Notes: generated by a model not told the origin, from the sequence alone. A DNA stretch of 64,000 nucleotides from Mayamaea pseudoterrestris (GCA_027923505.1 BROI01000008.1:372001-436000), one strand, 5' to 3'; shown: positions 24,016 through 33,238, counted from the stretch's first letter. Translations and numbers: made by a program.

Positions 24016-25755
24016 TTAGCTTGCTTGCTTGTCGTCGACAATAGTAGCACCTGCTGCGACTACCAGACTCTTCATGGAGTAAATGATTGTAGCCCCGTCA
24101 GCCCATTGTACGCCATAGCCGTAACGGCCACGTCTCTGCACGATTGTAGGGATGATTGCCGGATTCTTCTTCGTAGTTTTGATAACCATTACTTGATCAG
24201 ACTGTGTCTCCTCCATTCTTTTAAATGGACTTTCATCAAGGATTACTCCCGATTTTGGATCTCTGGCGCGAAGACTCACAGCTTTAATTTTCCGCTGTAC
24301 AGCTCCGAATTCGCCATAAAGGCGGACGTTGAAATTTTCGCTGACCTTGTCCAAAGAAAAATGAGTTGTCGCGACGTCAAAGACTGCATCTGACTCTGGA
24401 AACGTGGCTGTGACCTGGCTGTCAAGCTTGTTAAATTGCATCTTCAAGAGCTCACCCGTCAAAGCGTTTGCCAAAGTTCGGAAAGCCCCAAGCTCGCGAC
24501 CATATATTTCGCTTCGGACGAGGCAAAAGGGCTTTCCATCGTCATTTGCTGCATTCGTGTCTTCCGAAATGGGCAGCTGGACAGTCGCTGCGACATTTTT
24601 AAATTCATGGTTACTTTTGTCGCCAAGGCCACGACCGAATGGATAGTGCTTCCGTCCGCCTTCACATTCAAAATATGCCATGTTCTCTACAACAGCGACA
24701 GTCGGAACACCAAGCGAAGTAAACATTTCAATCCCTTTCATCGTATCCAGCGCCGCGAGCTTGGAAGGCGTCGTGACTGCGATTGACCCACTAATCTGTA
24801 GATCCTGCAAAACCTGAAGCTGTACATCGCCAGTGCCCGGAGGAAGATCCAAGACAAGAACATCAAGTTCTCCCCAATCAGTTCTTTTCATCAATTGCGA
24901 AACGACTTTACCCGCCATCGGACCTCTCATGACACTGGCACCATTTCCTTGTCCACTTCCCGGGACTCCGCTGTTAGCATTGACAAAACCAAGACTAAGT
25001 AATTTGACCTTTTCATGCTCAATTGGATAAACAAAGCCATTGCCAAGAGAACTCGACCGAATTGTAACATCCATTGGCCGTACCAGCATTGGCAGTGACG
25101 GACCGTAGATGTCAAGATCGACGAGTCCAACTCTACCTCCCATTGCCGCAAGTTCATATGCCAGATTGACGGCAACCGTGCTCTTTCCCACTCCACCCTT
25201 ACAGCTATAGACGGCAACAAAGTGAGCGACGTTCGTCAATCCAGGTCCCAAACTTGTAAACAGTTCGTCCGTGTCATCAACCAGTTGCGCCATCATTGGC
25301 CAAGGCGTCGAGGCAACCGCTTCGACATTCACAGTCGGGAGCTGCTGCACTAGCAAGCCTTGTGAGTCGATCCATTCCATTATCGATTTTTCAGCCTCTC
25401 TTTTGACTTGGTCTCTCAGTCGCGTCAGCTCGGGATGCAGCAGTGTCGGGAGTCGAAGCAATAAGTGCCAAGTCATTCCATCGTCCGAAACGGCAAATTT
25501 ACGATGTAGCCAATCTAGTGACGCCAAGTCTCGATCCAAAATAGGATCCTTGACTGCCAACGCCACTGATAAATGCAGATGGTCCTCCAACCGTGCTAAT
25601 TGTCGCTTGGAGAGAGTTTGAAGAAACCGATTCGCTGGTGCGTTTCGCGCTGAGCCGGTGAGTTGCGAACAACGCTTGCATTCCTGATAGCGTAGACTCT
25701 TTAACTGCGACGACGATGGGCGAAGCACCTTCAACATGGCGTTGACTACGACCAT
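24016..25755 (-). CDS. HCF101: HCF101/Mrp/NBP35-family Fe-S cluster carrier P-loop ATPase
   Basis: SCKGGVGKST, DLDIYGPSLP, VMRGP, DLPPGTGD, VVENM; DUF59-like N-terminus and DUF971-like C-terminus (GRYGYGVQWADG). Confidence 0.8.
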   Translation of the reverse strand: MVVVNAMLKVLRPSSSQLKSLRYQECKRCSQLTGSARNAPANRFLQTLSKRQLARLEDHLHLSVALAVKDPILDRDLASLDWLHRKFAVSDDGMTWHLLLRLPTLLHPELTRLRDQVKREAEKSIMEWIDSQGLLVQQLPTVNVEAVASTPWPMMAQLVDDTDELFTSLGPGLTNVAHFVAVYSCKGGVGKSTVAVNLAYELAAMGGRVGLVDLDIYGPSLPMLVRPMDVTIRSSSLGNGFVYPIEHEKVKLLSLGFVNANSGVPGSGQGNGASVMRGPMAGKVVSQLMKRTDWGELDVLVLDLPPGTGDVQLQVLQDLQISGSIAVTTPSKLAALDTMKGIEMFTSLGVPTVAVVENMAYFECEGGRKHYPFGRGLGDKSNHEFKNVAATVQLPISEDTNAANDDGKPFCLVRSEIYGRELGAFRTLANALTGELLKMQFNKLDSQVTATFPESDAVFDVATTHFSLDKVSENFNVRLYGEFGAVQRKIKAVSLRARDPKSGVILDESPFKRMEETQSDQVMVIKTTKKNPAIIPTIVQRRGRYGYGVQWADGATIIYSMKSLVVAAGATIVDDKQAS

Positions 25756-26136
25756 ACGTCCTGCAGGAACGCTCTATGAGTATATACTTTGATGGTTTTC
25801 CATCACCAACTTGCGTTTTGACGTTGATGGATCCAAAATCTTGGAGAACTGACGTACTGACATGAAGCGGCACTAAAATCTCAGTTATGTCGCTGCGACA
25901 TCATCGCGTTGTCCGAGGTTTATCTCGCTAGTACAGAGGTATGGAGGAAGTCCTGGCAGAAGCATTGAAAATTTCGATTTTTAATAAAGCCCTAGGCAAT
26001 ATTGGATGTAAATGTCATAAAGAATCCTGCCCCTAACATTGTTTTTTCTACGCGTGAAGCTACCGATCTTTTGTGTAGACATTCATTGCGTTTTGATTGG
26101 GTTTAGGTAAAAACGTGCGCTGCGATTGGCTCTATT

Positions 26137-26172
26137 GTTCGCTTGTATCGTTCGCCTAAGGAACAAGCGAAC
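26137..26172. other. Perfect 10-bp inverted repeat (hairpin), 16-nt loop
   Basis: GTTCGCTTGT (26137-26146) and ACAAGCGAAC (26163-26172). Confidence 0.8.
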
Positions 26173-26255
26173 CTAACCGAACCATGAATACTCGATATTA
26201 TTGCCTTCATATTTCTTGATCGTGGAAAACACTCTGATTGGCGTTTTCTGAACAT

Positions 26256-26370
26256 ACATTGTACAGTGTGTGGCAGTGTTGTAATGCATGTTATGTCGCT
26301 TGTGCTGTATTTAACTCACATTGTACTATATGCGGCAGTGTTTTAATGCAACTTGTGTCGCTTGTGCTGT
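26256..26370 (+). repeat. Imperfect tandem repeat, 62-bp period, ~2 copies
   Basis: ACATTGTAC..GGCAGTGTT.TAATGCA..T.TGTCGCTTGTGCTGT starting at 26256 and 26318. Confidence 0.85.
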
Positions 26371-26444
26371 GCTTCCATCGTGTCCCTCATTGAGTACGTT
26401 CTTTTTCTGGCAGTGTCGTTTGATCCATCATTGTATTTCCTCTT

Positions 26445-26721
26445 TTAGTTTTGCAGTGTCTTTTGGCCCATGCTGGTATCTCTTGATTGATGAGTTTTAG
26501 TATCGCGTGTTTCCGTATGTTGTCAAGAACGTTGGAATGGCTAATATAGAACGCGATGCACGCGTTGCCCGCATCAGAAGACCTCCGTTAGTTTTGCGGT
26601 GCCTTTTGGCCCATGCTGGTTTCTCCTTGATGAGTTTTAGTATCGCGTGTTTCCGCATGTTGTCGAAAACGTTGGAATGGCTAACATAGAACGCGATGCA
26701 CGCGTTGCCCGCATCAGAAGA
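26445..26721 (+). repeat. Tandem duplication of ~135 bp (26445-26581 and 26588-26721) covering the upstream region and start of the small DAR-family ORF
   Basis: Both copies read TTAGTTTTGC.GTG.CTTTTGGCCCATGCTGGT...GAACGCGATGCACGCGTTGCCCGCATCAGAAGA. Confidence 0.9.
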
Positions 26722-26829
26722 TTGCAGGAGGCCTGCGAAGAAGCGGAGGATGAGATTGTGTGGAACGCTGGAAACTTCTACAATGACAATTTGACGAATG
26801 AACTGATTTTGATTGACATTCGGCTATAG
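26677..26829 (+). pseudogene. Truncated copy of the island orphan 'DAR' family (MANIERDARVARIRRLQEACEEAEDEIVWNAGNFYND)
   Basis: Near-identical to the 5' part of ORF 32363-32824 on the opposite strand, then diverges and stops. Confidence 0.7.
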
Positions 26830-26839
26830 TACATGTTAT

Positions 26840-27499
26840 CTACATATTATTTCGAGCAACAGTTTCGGGTTCGTTGCCAACTCTTGACTGTGCTTCTTCA
26901 ACTCTTGCCGAAAACGCTTTGACTTCGACAATGGAACGGAATTTATATCCAAACTTTGGAGAATAGTAGAACCTGTCATATTGACGTTTCTTGCCATACT
27001 TTGCACGTCGTCGTTTGCATATTTGTATCCAACCGATTGCCCAATTCATCGATCGATTATTAACGGGACAGGAATATTGTACTTTATCCCAGTTTTTCGT
27101 TGACTCTAACGACCGAAGTAGAGTTCCATAGTGTTTCACTCTTGTTCCGTCTTCTTGCATATGAGTCCGAAACAACACGTATTCGTTGTTAGCCAACTCC
27201 ATGCCAAAACCCATTTGCACATGTACCTCCACGCGCGCGCATACCTCCTTGAAGTACTTGTGAAGGTTGTCGTGTACGCCATCCATCACTGCTTGAGTTA
27301 CGTATTCTGCGTTGAAGTTAGTTCGTGAGGGAATCATGTTGTGCAGACTTTGCGATCCGTGTCTTGTAACTGCTTGGAGCAGCGACATGTTATAAACTTT
27401 GGACACTGCGAGACAGAACATGTAATTAATTGCAAAGTTGGGTAAGTGTCCGTGGACACAACATTTAGTAGCAGGCACTTGCGCGACTCGTAACAGCAT
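26840..27499 (-). CDS. MBD-like family protein, copy A
   Basis: WAIGWIQICKRRRAKYGKKRQYDRFYYSPKFGYKFRSIVEVKAF matches the MBD consensus GW..R..G..D.YY.SP.G.KFRS..E. Shares upstream C.A.S...N..L and V(Q/R)MGF blocks with paralogues. First ATG at 27499 (the ORF-track start is TTG). Confidence 0.75.
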   Translation of the reverse strand: MLLRVAQVPATKCCVHGHLPNFAINYMFCLAVSKVYNMSLLQAVTRHGSQSLHNMIPSRTNFNAEYVTQAVMDGVHDNLHKYFKEVCARVEVHVQMGFGMELANNEYVLFRTHMQEDGTRVKHYGTLLRSLESTKNWDKVQYSCPVNNRSMNWAIGWIQICKRRRAKYGKKRQYDRFYYSPKFGYKFRSIVEVKAFSARVEEAQSRVGNEPETVARNNM

Positions 27500-27513
27500 C
27501 TTTACTTTGACAG

Positions 27514-27846
27514 TCAATGCAGGTGGTTGACTTGCGAAGGTAGTGAAAGGTTGAATTCGTCAACTCGTTTATATTGAAATGTGATTTTCCTTGGTCGAGA
27601 AAAACTCAACGCATAATCGTAGACATTGATATTTTTGTGGCGCTGGTTATCTAAGAGTTCTTTTCCTGTTAGCGTTGCGTTGTTCGCGAGATTGATATAT
27701 GTCACCATCTGGTATATATCCGATATCGAGCGTTGGGTGTTGCTCGTTGCCAATATTGGCAATATTGTTTGACGTGCTTCCGTTTTGGTGAAGCTGTGAG
27801 CGACCACCCGGCGCGCGATCCCGGCCGGATTCGCTAACGGATTCAT
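27514..27846 (-). CDS. Hypothetical protein (110 aa), island orphan
   Basis: ATG-initiated ORF abutting MBD copy A; may be its frameshifted N-terminus. Confidence 0.4.
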   Translation of the reverse strand: MNPLANPAGIARRVVAHSFTKTEARQTILPILATSNTQRSISDIYQMVTYINLANNATLTGKELLDNQRHKNINVYDYALSFSRPRKITFQYKRVDEFNLSLPSQVNHLH

Positions 27847-27926
27847 TTACAGTTGGGTCGTTTTTTGTTGGCGAACCGTGATGCGATCTTCACATCTCCG
27901 TGTAAAGTCCATTTGGCTCGTCTTGT

Positions 27927-28706
27927 TTGAATGAATCGTCTCTGATGCTTCTTGGAAGAGATCACTCATGGGACAGCACTTCGGTTTCGGCTGAAGAGTG
28001 TGAAGAGCTGCCTCTTCTGTTGGAATGGTTTATAGTGCTGTTGGCTGAATCTAAAGTATTGAATCACAATCTCGTCGAAGTAATTCGATCATCGGGTGTA
28101 AACAATGTGGTGACGCTTGCGAATGACAATGAATCAGTCTTCCAGGAAGGAGGTGATGCATTGACCGACTTCATATTCTGTATTGTTGATAACAGGTTTC
28201 GAAGTCGGTTTGACGCTGTGTATGAGCGAGCACACGAACTCCTGCGCATGGGGTATACGGTCGATAAGGAATTCGAAAAGCCGTATATCTCTCGATTCTT
28301 TCGTTATCTTCCCGATGGTGAGTGTAAAGAGAGATATCGCACGCTGCGAGTAATTATGGGAAGCCGGTTGCAAGAATCGTGTGGAAGTAAGTTCTTCGCT
28401 CCGGTCGACTGCAGGAAAATGACTTGGGAAAGAGGATGGATACAGTCTCGTGTTCAGCGCGTCTCGCGAAATGGCGAAAGGCAAGCTCGTTTCGATACTT
28501 ACTATTACACGTATCATTATGGTTTCAAGTTTCGATCCATTCCGGAGGTGAAGAGATTTTTGAGGTTGTACCATCGGTACGGCGGGGAACGTAATCCTGA
28601 AAGGTCGGAGTTCGAGGCACGCAGACATATTGCGATATCGCGCCGTCAAGAAAAGGATGCTAAGGCTCGACGTAAGAGATACCAATGGGTCGACGTAGTT
28701 AAGTAA
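27927..28706 (+). CDS. MBD-like family protein, copy B
   Basis: WERGWIQSRVQRVSRNGERQARFDTYYYTYHYGFKFRSIPEVKRFL; upstream LAESKVLNHNLVEVIRSSG and LRMGY blocks. Confidence 0.75.
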   Translation: MNESSLMLLGRDHSWDSTSVSAEECEELPLLLEWFIVLLAESKVLNHNLVEVIRSSGVNNVVTLANDNESVFQEGGDALTDFIFCIVDNRFRSRFDAVYERAHELLRMGYTVDKEFEKPYISRFFRYLPDGECKERYRTLRVIMGSRLQESCGSKFFAPVDCRKMTWERGWIQSRVQRVSRNGERQARFDTYYYTYHYGFKFRSIPEVKRFLRLYHRYGGERNPERSEFEARRHIAISRRQEKDAKARRKRYQWVDVVK

Positions 28707-29014
28707 TCTGCAACATAGAATGTGTTTCTATTGTTATTTATCTTGTAGACGGTCGCTTGTGGTTTCGCCATTCGTGTATCGTGTTGCACCTGTGGCCGTA
28801 CTGTGCCGACCGTGCGCGGGACAACGCTTTTGTTAAGCGTGTGAACTGAAAAGGACTTGTTGTTTGACACGTTAAGGGGTTTGACGGTTTCGAGAAAGAT
28901 AAATTCCGCTATGCAGCGATTTTCAAACGTCAGCACGCTCGCGTCGCATAACGAGAAGGAGTCGTTTTGCTGGTACGTGATGGCGAAATTTGAAATTTTG
29001 CCTCAACGCTCGAT

Positions 29015-31366
29015 ATGTTTACTTGTAGACGGCTATGTATTCTTACTACATATGTGTTTGTCTCTGTCATGCATATCATATTTGTTTTACGTCTATTTGC
29101 GATAATGCGTCTCGCAATACCATCGTTGGAAACCAAACGCGAACTTTTATCCCGAGCTTCTCAGGAGCTTGAGAGTTATGTCATTAAGGAGCCCCAGACT
29201 AAAACTCTTCATGCAGCTTTCTGCTGTGTTTGTGATGGTACTCCAGATGAGGCATATTGGCATAAAATGGTTTCTGTTACCAGAGTTGCGTCGCTGTGTT
29301 CGACTGCCAATATGCGAAAGGTTGATCTCTCCGACGTTTATCCGATGGACTTATTGAACGAATACACCGCTAAGCATCAAGCATTGAAGGATTATGTGTT
29401 ATCACCCGATGCCTACGTGAACAAAAGGAACGAGATATGCGTATGCCGTAAATGTCTTGTTGACCTAGAGACAAACGCAGAAGAGAGGAAAGCAAGGCGG
29501 CGGCCGCCGCGTCAATCAATCGCTAATGGGTATGTTATTGGCCATGAGCCTGAAGAGCTCAAGTGTCTCAATGAAGTCGAATTGGCTTTAATAAGTAAGG
29601 CGAAGCTCCATTGTCAGACATGGGTGTTTTTTGGAGGCTGTCACAAACAAATAAAGGGATGGACGACGCTTTTGAAGAACCATCCTGAAACTAACGTTGC
29701 TAATATGATGCAGATTCGGGATTCTGGCCTACACGGAAGACTCCTTGTGGTTCTATGTGGACCCTTCACTTCAACGCAGAAAGCCAAAGTGTTGCAGAAG
29801 ACCCGTGTTGATCCGGAAAAGGTTTTAAATGCCTGGAATTGGTTAAAGGTTAACAATTTTCGCTACCGTGACCTTCATATTCCCGACCCTGACAGCCTTC
29901 CGGTACCAAGAATTGTGGAAGATAAAGTAGAATGGCAAAGGAGTGTAAGCGTCGATGTTGAGAACGAAATGAGCATCACCCATGTCTTCCCGGATGTTAC
30001 TCTTCCTGGACGCATGAATGGAACGTTTCAGACTCAGGATGAATTCCGCAAGTATATTTTGGAGCATAACGGAGGGAATTACGAGGCGCAGATGCATGCT
30101 CGGCCTTCTGCTGACCGTTTCATGGATTTTGCGGGAGACACCATTGCAGATGCCTTTGTTTTACAGTTTCCTTACGGATTTACCGGTCTAGCCGATGACC
30201 CAGCTGTGCTGAAGTTGAAGAAGAGAAAAAGCAACACGCGATACTGCGGTCGAAAACGTATCGATGTTTACAAGAAGTATCTTCGGCATCGCAAATCTGT
30301 CTTTCATGGTCCAATGTTTGTCTTGGTAATAGAGAATCTTATTCTCAAGGAAGCCATCTTCAAAAGTGTTGTGATCCAGTGTAATATAAAACAAACGGAT
30401 GGTCGTTCCATTGCGGACAAATTCGGTACCATGTCCACCAGCCAGTTTGAAAAGGCGATTACAGATTGTCAGCAACAACACGGGGTTAACAAGCGAAACA
30501 CTACAGAGCATCGTTTTCTGCGCAGTATAACAGCGGTGTGTGAGAATCTGCCGCATACAAACGAAGCATCCCAGGATGCTCGCAAGGTATACTTTTCTTT
30601 CCTCATGAAATTCGGGATGCCCGCAATCTTTCTAACCGTTTCACCGGACGATCAGCGTAACTATCGCATTGTTGTTTACGCTCTCGGCAAAGAAAACTAT
30701 AATCCAGACAGTACAGTTAACGTGGCGAGCCTTACTGACCGACAGATTATCGACAATTTTCGGATGCGTCAGGATATTCGTTACGAGCATCCCGGGTTGT
30801 GCGCGGAGGAATATGAACGCGTTGTGAAAGCTGTTGTTAGTCATTTGTTCAATTGGGATATAGACAATCAGTGCAGTAAGGGAATCGGAATTTATTCTAA
30901 TCAGAGTATCGATGAAGTAATTGACAGAGTTTGTAATTTCCGCAGCCCATGGTTTCGTATTGCTGTCGCACGGCAATTCCGCTACATGACGACCCATGTC
31001 AGAATGGGCTTTGAAATGATACACGATGCTACTTCCGACTCATACTTTTTAGTTCGACGTTATAAGGTTCCTGTTGTCGAGTTACGCTGGCCGAGACTAG
31101 CTACAATCGAAAAGTCTCCACTAGGTGGGTCGATTACATTTCCACTTAGATTGCTTGGCTGTCGCAAAGAATGGGGTATTGGTTGGACGCGTTTGCAGAT
31201 ACCGGGTAATGATAAGACGCCGCGACGCGATTGCTTCTTTTCGCCCAAATTTGGATTCATGTTCATATCGATTGATCAGGTTAACTTCTTTGTAAGCCTT
31301 CTCGATCGATTCGAAGGGAGTGACTGGGAGATGGAGGAGTATGCTTTGTCAAAAGTCTGTGAATAG
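29015..31366 (+). CDS. Helitron Rep N-terminal region (DUF6570-like + Helitron_like_N) truncated and fused in frame to MBD-like copy C
   Basis: CCVCD...CRKC..L...P..SIANG..IG..PEEL..L..VE..LIS; KVLNAWNWLKVNN..Y; QFPYG..G; LPHT.EA....R; GMPAIFLTVSPDD (Rep motif 1). After KGIGI (~30893) it switches to VRMGF...WGIGW...FFSPKFGFMFISIDQV. No HUH motif, catalytic Tyr or PIF1 helicase. Confidence 0.8.
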   Translation: MFTCRRLCILTTYVFVSVMHIIFVLRLFAIMRLAIPSLETKRELLSRASQELESYVIKEPQTKTLHAAFCCVCDGTPDEAYWHKMVSVTRVASLCSTANMRKVDLSDVYPMDLLNEYTAKHQALKDYVLSPDAYVNKRNEICVCRKCLVDLETNAEERKARRRPPRQSIANGYVIGHEPEELKCLNEVELALISKAKLHCQTWVFFGGCHKQIKGWTTLLKNHPETNVANMMQIRDSGLHGRLLVVLCGPFTSTQKAKVLQKTRVDPEKVLNAWNWLKVNNFRYRDLHIPDPDSLPVPRIVEDKVEWQRSVSVDVENEMSITHVFPDVTLPGRMNGTFQTQDEFRKYILEHNGGNYEAQMHARPSADRFMDFAGDTIADAFVLQFPYGFTGLADDPAVLKLKKRKSNTRYCGRKRIDVYKKYLRHRKSVFHGPMFVLVIENLILKEAIFKSVVIQCNIKQTDGRSIADKFGTMSTSQFEKAITDCQQQHGVNKRNTTEHRFLRSITAVCENLPHTNEASQDARKVYFSFLMKFGMPAIFLTVSPDDQRNYRIVVYALGKENYNPDSTVNVASLTDRQIIDNFRMRQDIRYEHPGLCAEEYERVVKAVVSHLFNWDIDNQCSKGIGIYSNQSIDEVIDRVCNFRSPWFRIAVARQFRYMTTHVRMGFEMIHDATSDSYFLVRRYKVPVVELRWPRLATIEKSPLGGSITFPLRLLGCRKEWGIGWTRLQIPGNDKTPRRDCFFSPKFGFMFISIDQVNFFVSLLDRFEGSDWEMEEYALSKVCE

Positions 31367-31629
31367 ATATATAGACTCAGCTGCTATGTACGCGGTTTTA
31401 CTAGGATACTAATATACGTCCTCATTTTCTTGGACTTGGTTTTATTACATACGCAAATTTTGGGCCGTTGGAGCATGACTGACCGAAAATTTGCCGTTGG
31501 GTGTTAGCCAAATATTGGTGTGAAGGCCTTTGTGTTGATGTTATGGTCGTTCGAACGACTGAGTGCGTTGAAGGTGGACAGAGCTGACATGCTCATTAAC
31601 TGGCTGTTTGTACATACCCCAATGCTACT

Positions 31630-32307
31630 ATGAGAGTTAAACTTATAAAGGCGGATCCGCAAGTGTGCGATTTTAGATTCGAGGGCTATGTAAATAGTTT
31701 GATGTATTGCCAAGCTCTCTCAGATACAACCAATGAAGGACTCTTTGAAACGATTGAAAGATGCGGAGTGCGTTCTTTGAAACAGAAGATGCAATGTTTG
31801 CCTGCCAGGATGGATCCGTCTAACATTATTGACTATTTGCTTGGGGATAAATACCTGACTCGTCGTACGGAATACGATATACACTACCGTGAAGTCTTGT
31901 GTTGTGTTCGGATGGGTTTCGTGGTAGAGATAAAAGGGAAAAAACACACATTTATTCGAAGGTACGATAATCCTATTGGAGGCGCTAATGCTCCTCATAT
32001 AAAGGCGATCAAGTATCTGCAAGCAAATGCGAAGACATATCAGATACCATCATCAAGAACCAATTATCGTCTGCGTCACTGGGGACCAGGATGGATACAG
32101 TTCAATGTCCCTCGCGCCAACGCACCAAGAAAAGTCGACAAGTACTATATCTCACCAAGATGCGGGTTCAAGTTCCGTTCTGCGGTCGAAGTGACAAGAT
32201 TCGTTCAGGAAATGGGGAAGATAGATTTTCACGATCGCAGTCGCGCTGAGATGACTGCACGAAATCGTATCAAGTCGGTTACAAGTGCATCTACACGATA
32301 CGCATGA
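31630..32307 (+). CDS. MBD-like family protein, copy D
   Basis: WGPGWIQFNVPRANAPRKVDKYYISPRCGFKFRSAVEVTRFV; upstream YCQALSDTTNEGLFETIERCG and VRMGF blocks. Confidence 0.8.
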   Translation: MRVKLIKADPQVCDFRFEGYVNSLMYCQALSDTTNEGLFETIERCGVRSLKQKMQCLPARMDPSNIIDYLLGDKYLTRRTEYDIHYREVLCCVRMGFVVEIKGKKHTFIRRYDNPIGGANAPHIKAIKYLQANAKTYQIPSSRTNYRLRHWGPGWIQFNVPRANAPRKVDKYYISPRCGFKFRSAVEVTRFVQEMGKIDFHDRSRAEMTARNRIKSVTSASTRYA

Positions 32308-32362
32308 TTCTATACGTCGTGTTTTATATTTACGCGCTAAAACGGCAAAGTTAATAGTGCAT

Positions 32363-32824
32363 TTAACGTTTCCATTCCGTGTCGTATTTAAGCAAGCGAC
32401 CCTCGTCTCCATCCCACGTGTACTCTCTACTGATGTCATCGTTGTCCATAAGCGGGAGTAAATACCAATGACTGCCTTGGCTTCCTTCACATACGATGCG
32501 ACGATACAATTCCGGTTCCGTTTTGTCTAGCATTTCGTTCACGGCTGCAATGAAATCATCTCCTGTTCCAGGCATCTCGTGACGGATGAAGTTGTATAGC
32601 GTCACGAGCTTGGCGGCAGATCCACCGTTCTGCATCCAATCATTGCAGGCCCCCAGCATAATGTCCAAATTATGCTCATCCTCATACAGCATGTACTGGG
32701 TCTCATCATTGTAGAAGTTTCCAGCGTTCCAAACAATCTCATCCTCAGCTTCTTCGCAGGCCTCCTCAAATCTTCTGATGCGGGCATCGCGTGCATCGCG
32801 TGCATCGCGTTCCGTGTTAGCCAT
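32363..32824 (-). CDS. Island orphan 'DAR' family protein, apparently full-length copy (153 aa, acidic)
   Basis: MANTERDARDARDARIRRFEEACEEAEDEIVWNAGNFYNDETQY...; the 9-nt unit GCATCGCGT occurs three times. Confidence 0.65.
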   Translation of the reverse strand: MANTERDARDARDARIRRFEEACEEAEDEIVWNAGNFYNDETQYMLYEDEHNLDIMLGACNDWMQNGGSAAKLVTLYNFIRHEMPGTGDDFIAAVNEMLDKTEPELYRRIVCEGSQGSHWYLLPLMDNDDISREYTWDGDEGRLLKYDTEWKR

Positions 32825-33074
32825 TGCAACGTTTTCGATACGAGTGAAGTTGTGCACGCTTGTGTGATCTTATAACCCTTCCCTTCCTTCCCGTATACGT
32901 ATTTTTGAACGTTTGCATGGATATAATATCGTCGACGAATTCCCTTAACGCTCAGCAATATTGGCGATTAAGTGCGTATCTGCATGATTCGCTGCAGTAT
33001 GTGCTTTGATGTTTTGATATTCTATCGGCGGTTATCAAGTCAAAGGACGAACGCTTTACCGCACGATGTTATAT

Positions 33075-33238
33075 TCAATCGAAATAGTTAATAACGACAA
33101 CAAGCTGTACGCATGCATCTCGTTTCCGCATGTTTCCAGCGTTTCGAACTATATCCTCCACTGCTCCTTCCCATGCCTTTACGAGTTTTCTGTTGCGCGT
33201 ACGTTGCGTGCATTGCGTGCGTTTCGCGTTAAGTCCAT
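33075..33238 (-). pseudogene. Frameshifted diverged copy of the 'DAR' family
   Basis: MDLTRNARNARNVR in one frame and RNRKLVKAWEGAVEDIVRNAGN in another align to MANTERDARDARDAR and RIRRFEEACEEAEDEIVWNAGN. Confidence 0.6.

Noticed and set aside
25928..25932. CTAG-T as a canonical Helitron 3' end
   Set aside because: It lies on the 5' side of the plus-strand Rep and ~26 nt from the nearest palindrome; orientation and spacing do not fit.
26256..26721. Repeats as a CRISPR-like array
   Set aside because: Only two copies per unit, no unique spacers of regular length, no cas genes, eukaryotic context.
27411..27505. Possible intron joining ORF 27514-27846 to MBD copy A
   Set aside because: The candidate donor and acceptor phases do not join the frames, and the supposed intron encodes residues that align with paralogue D.
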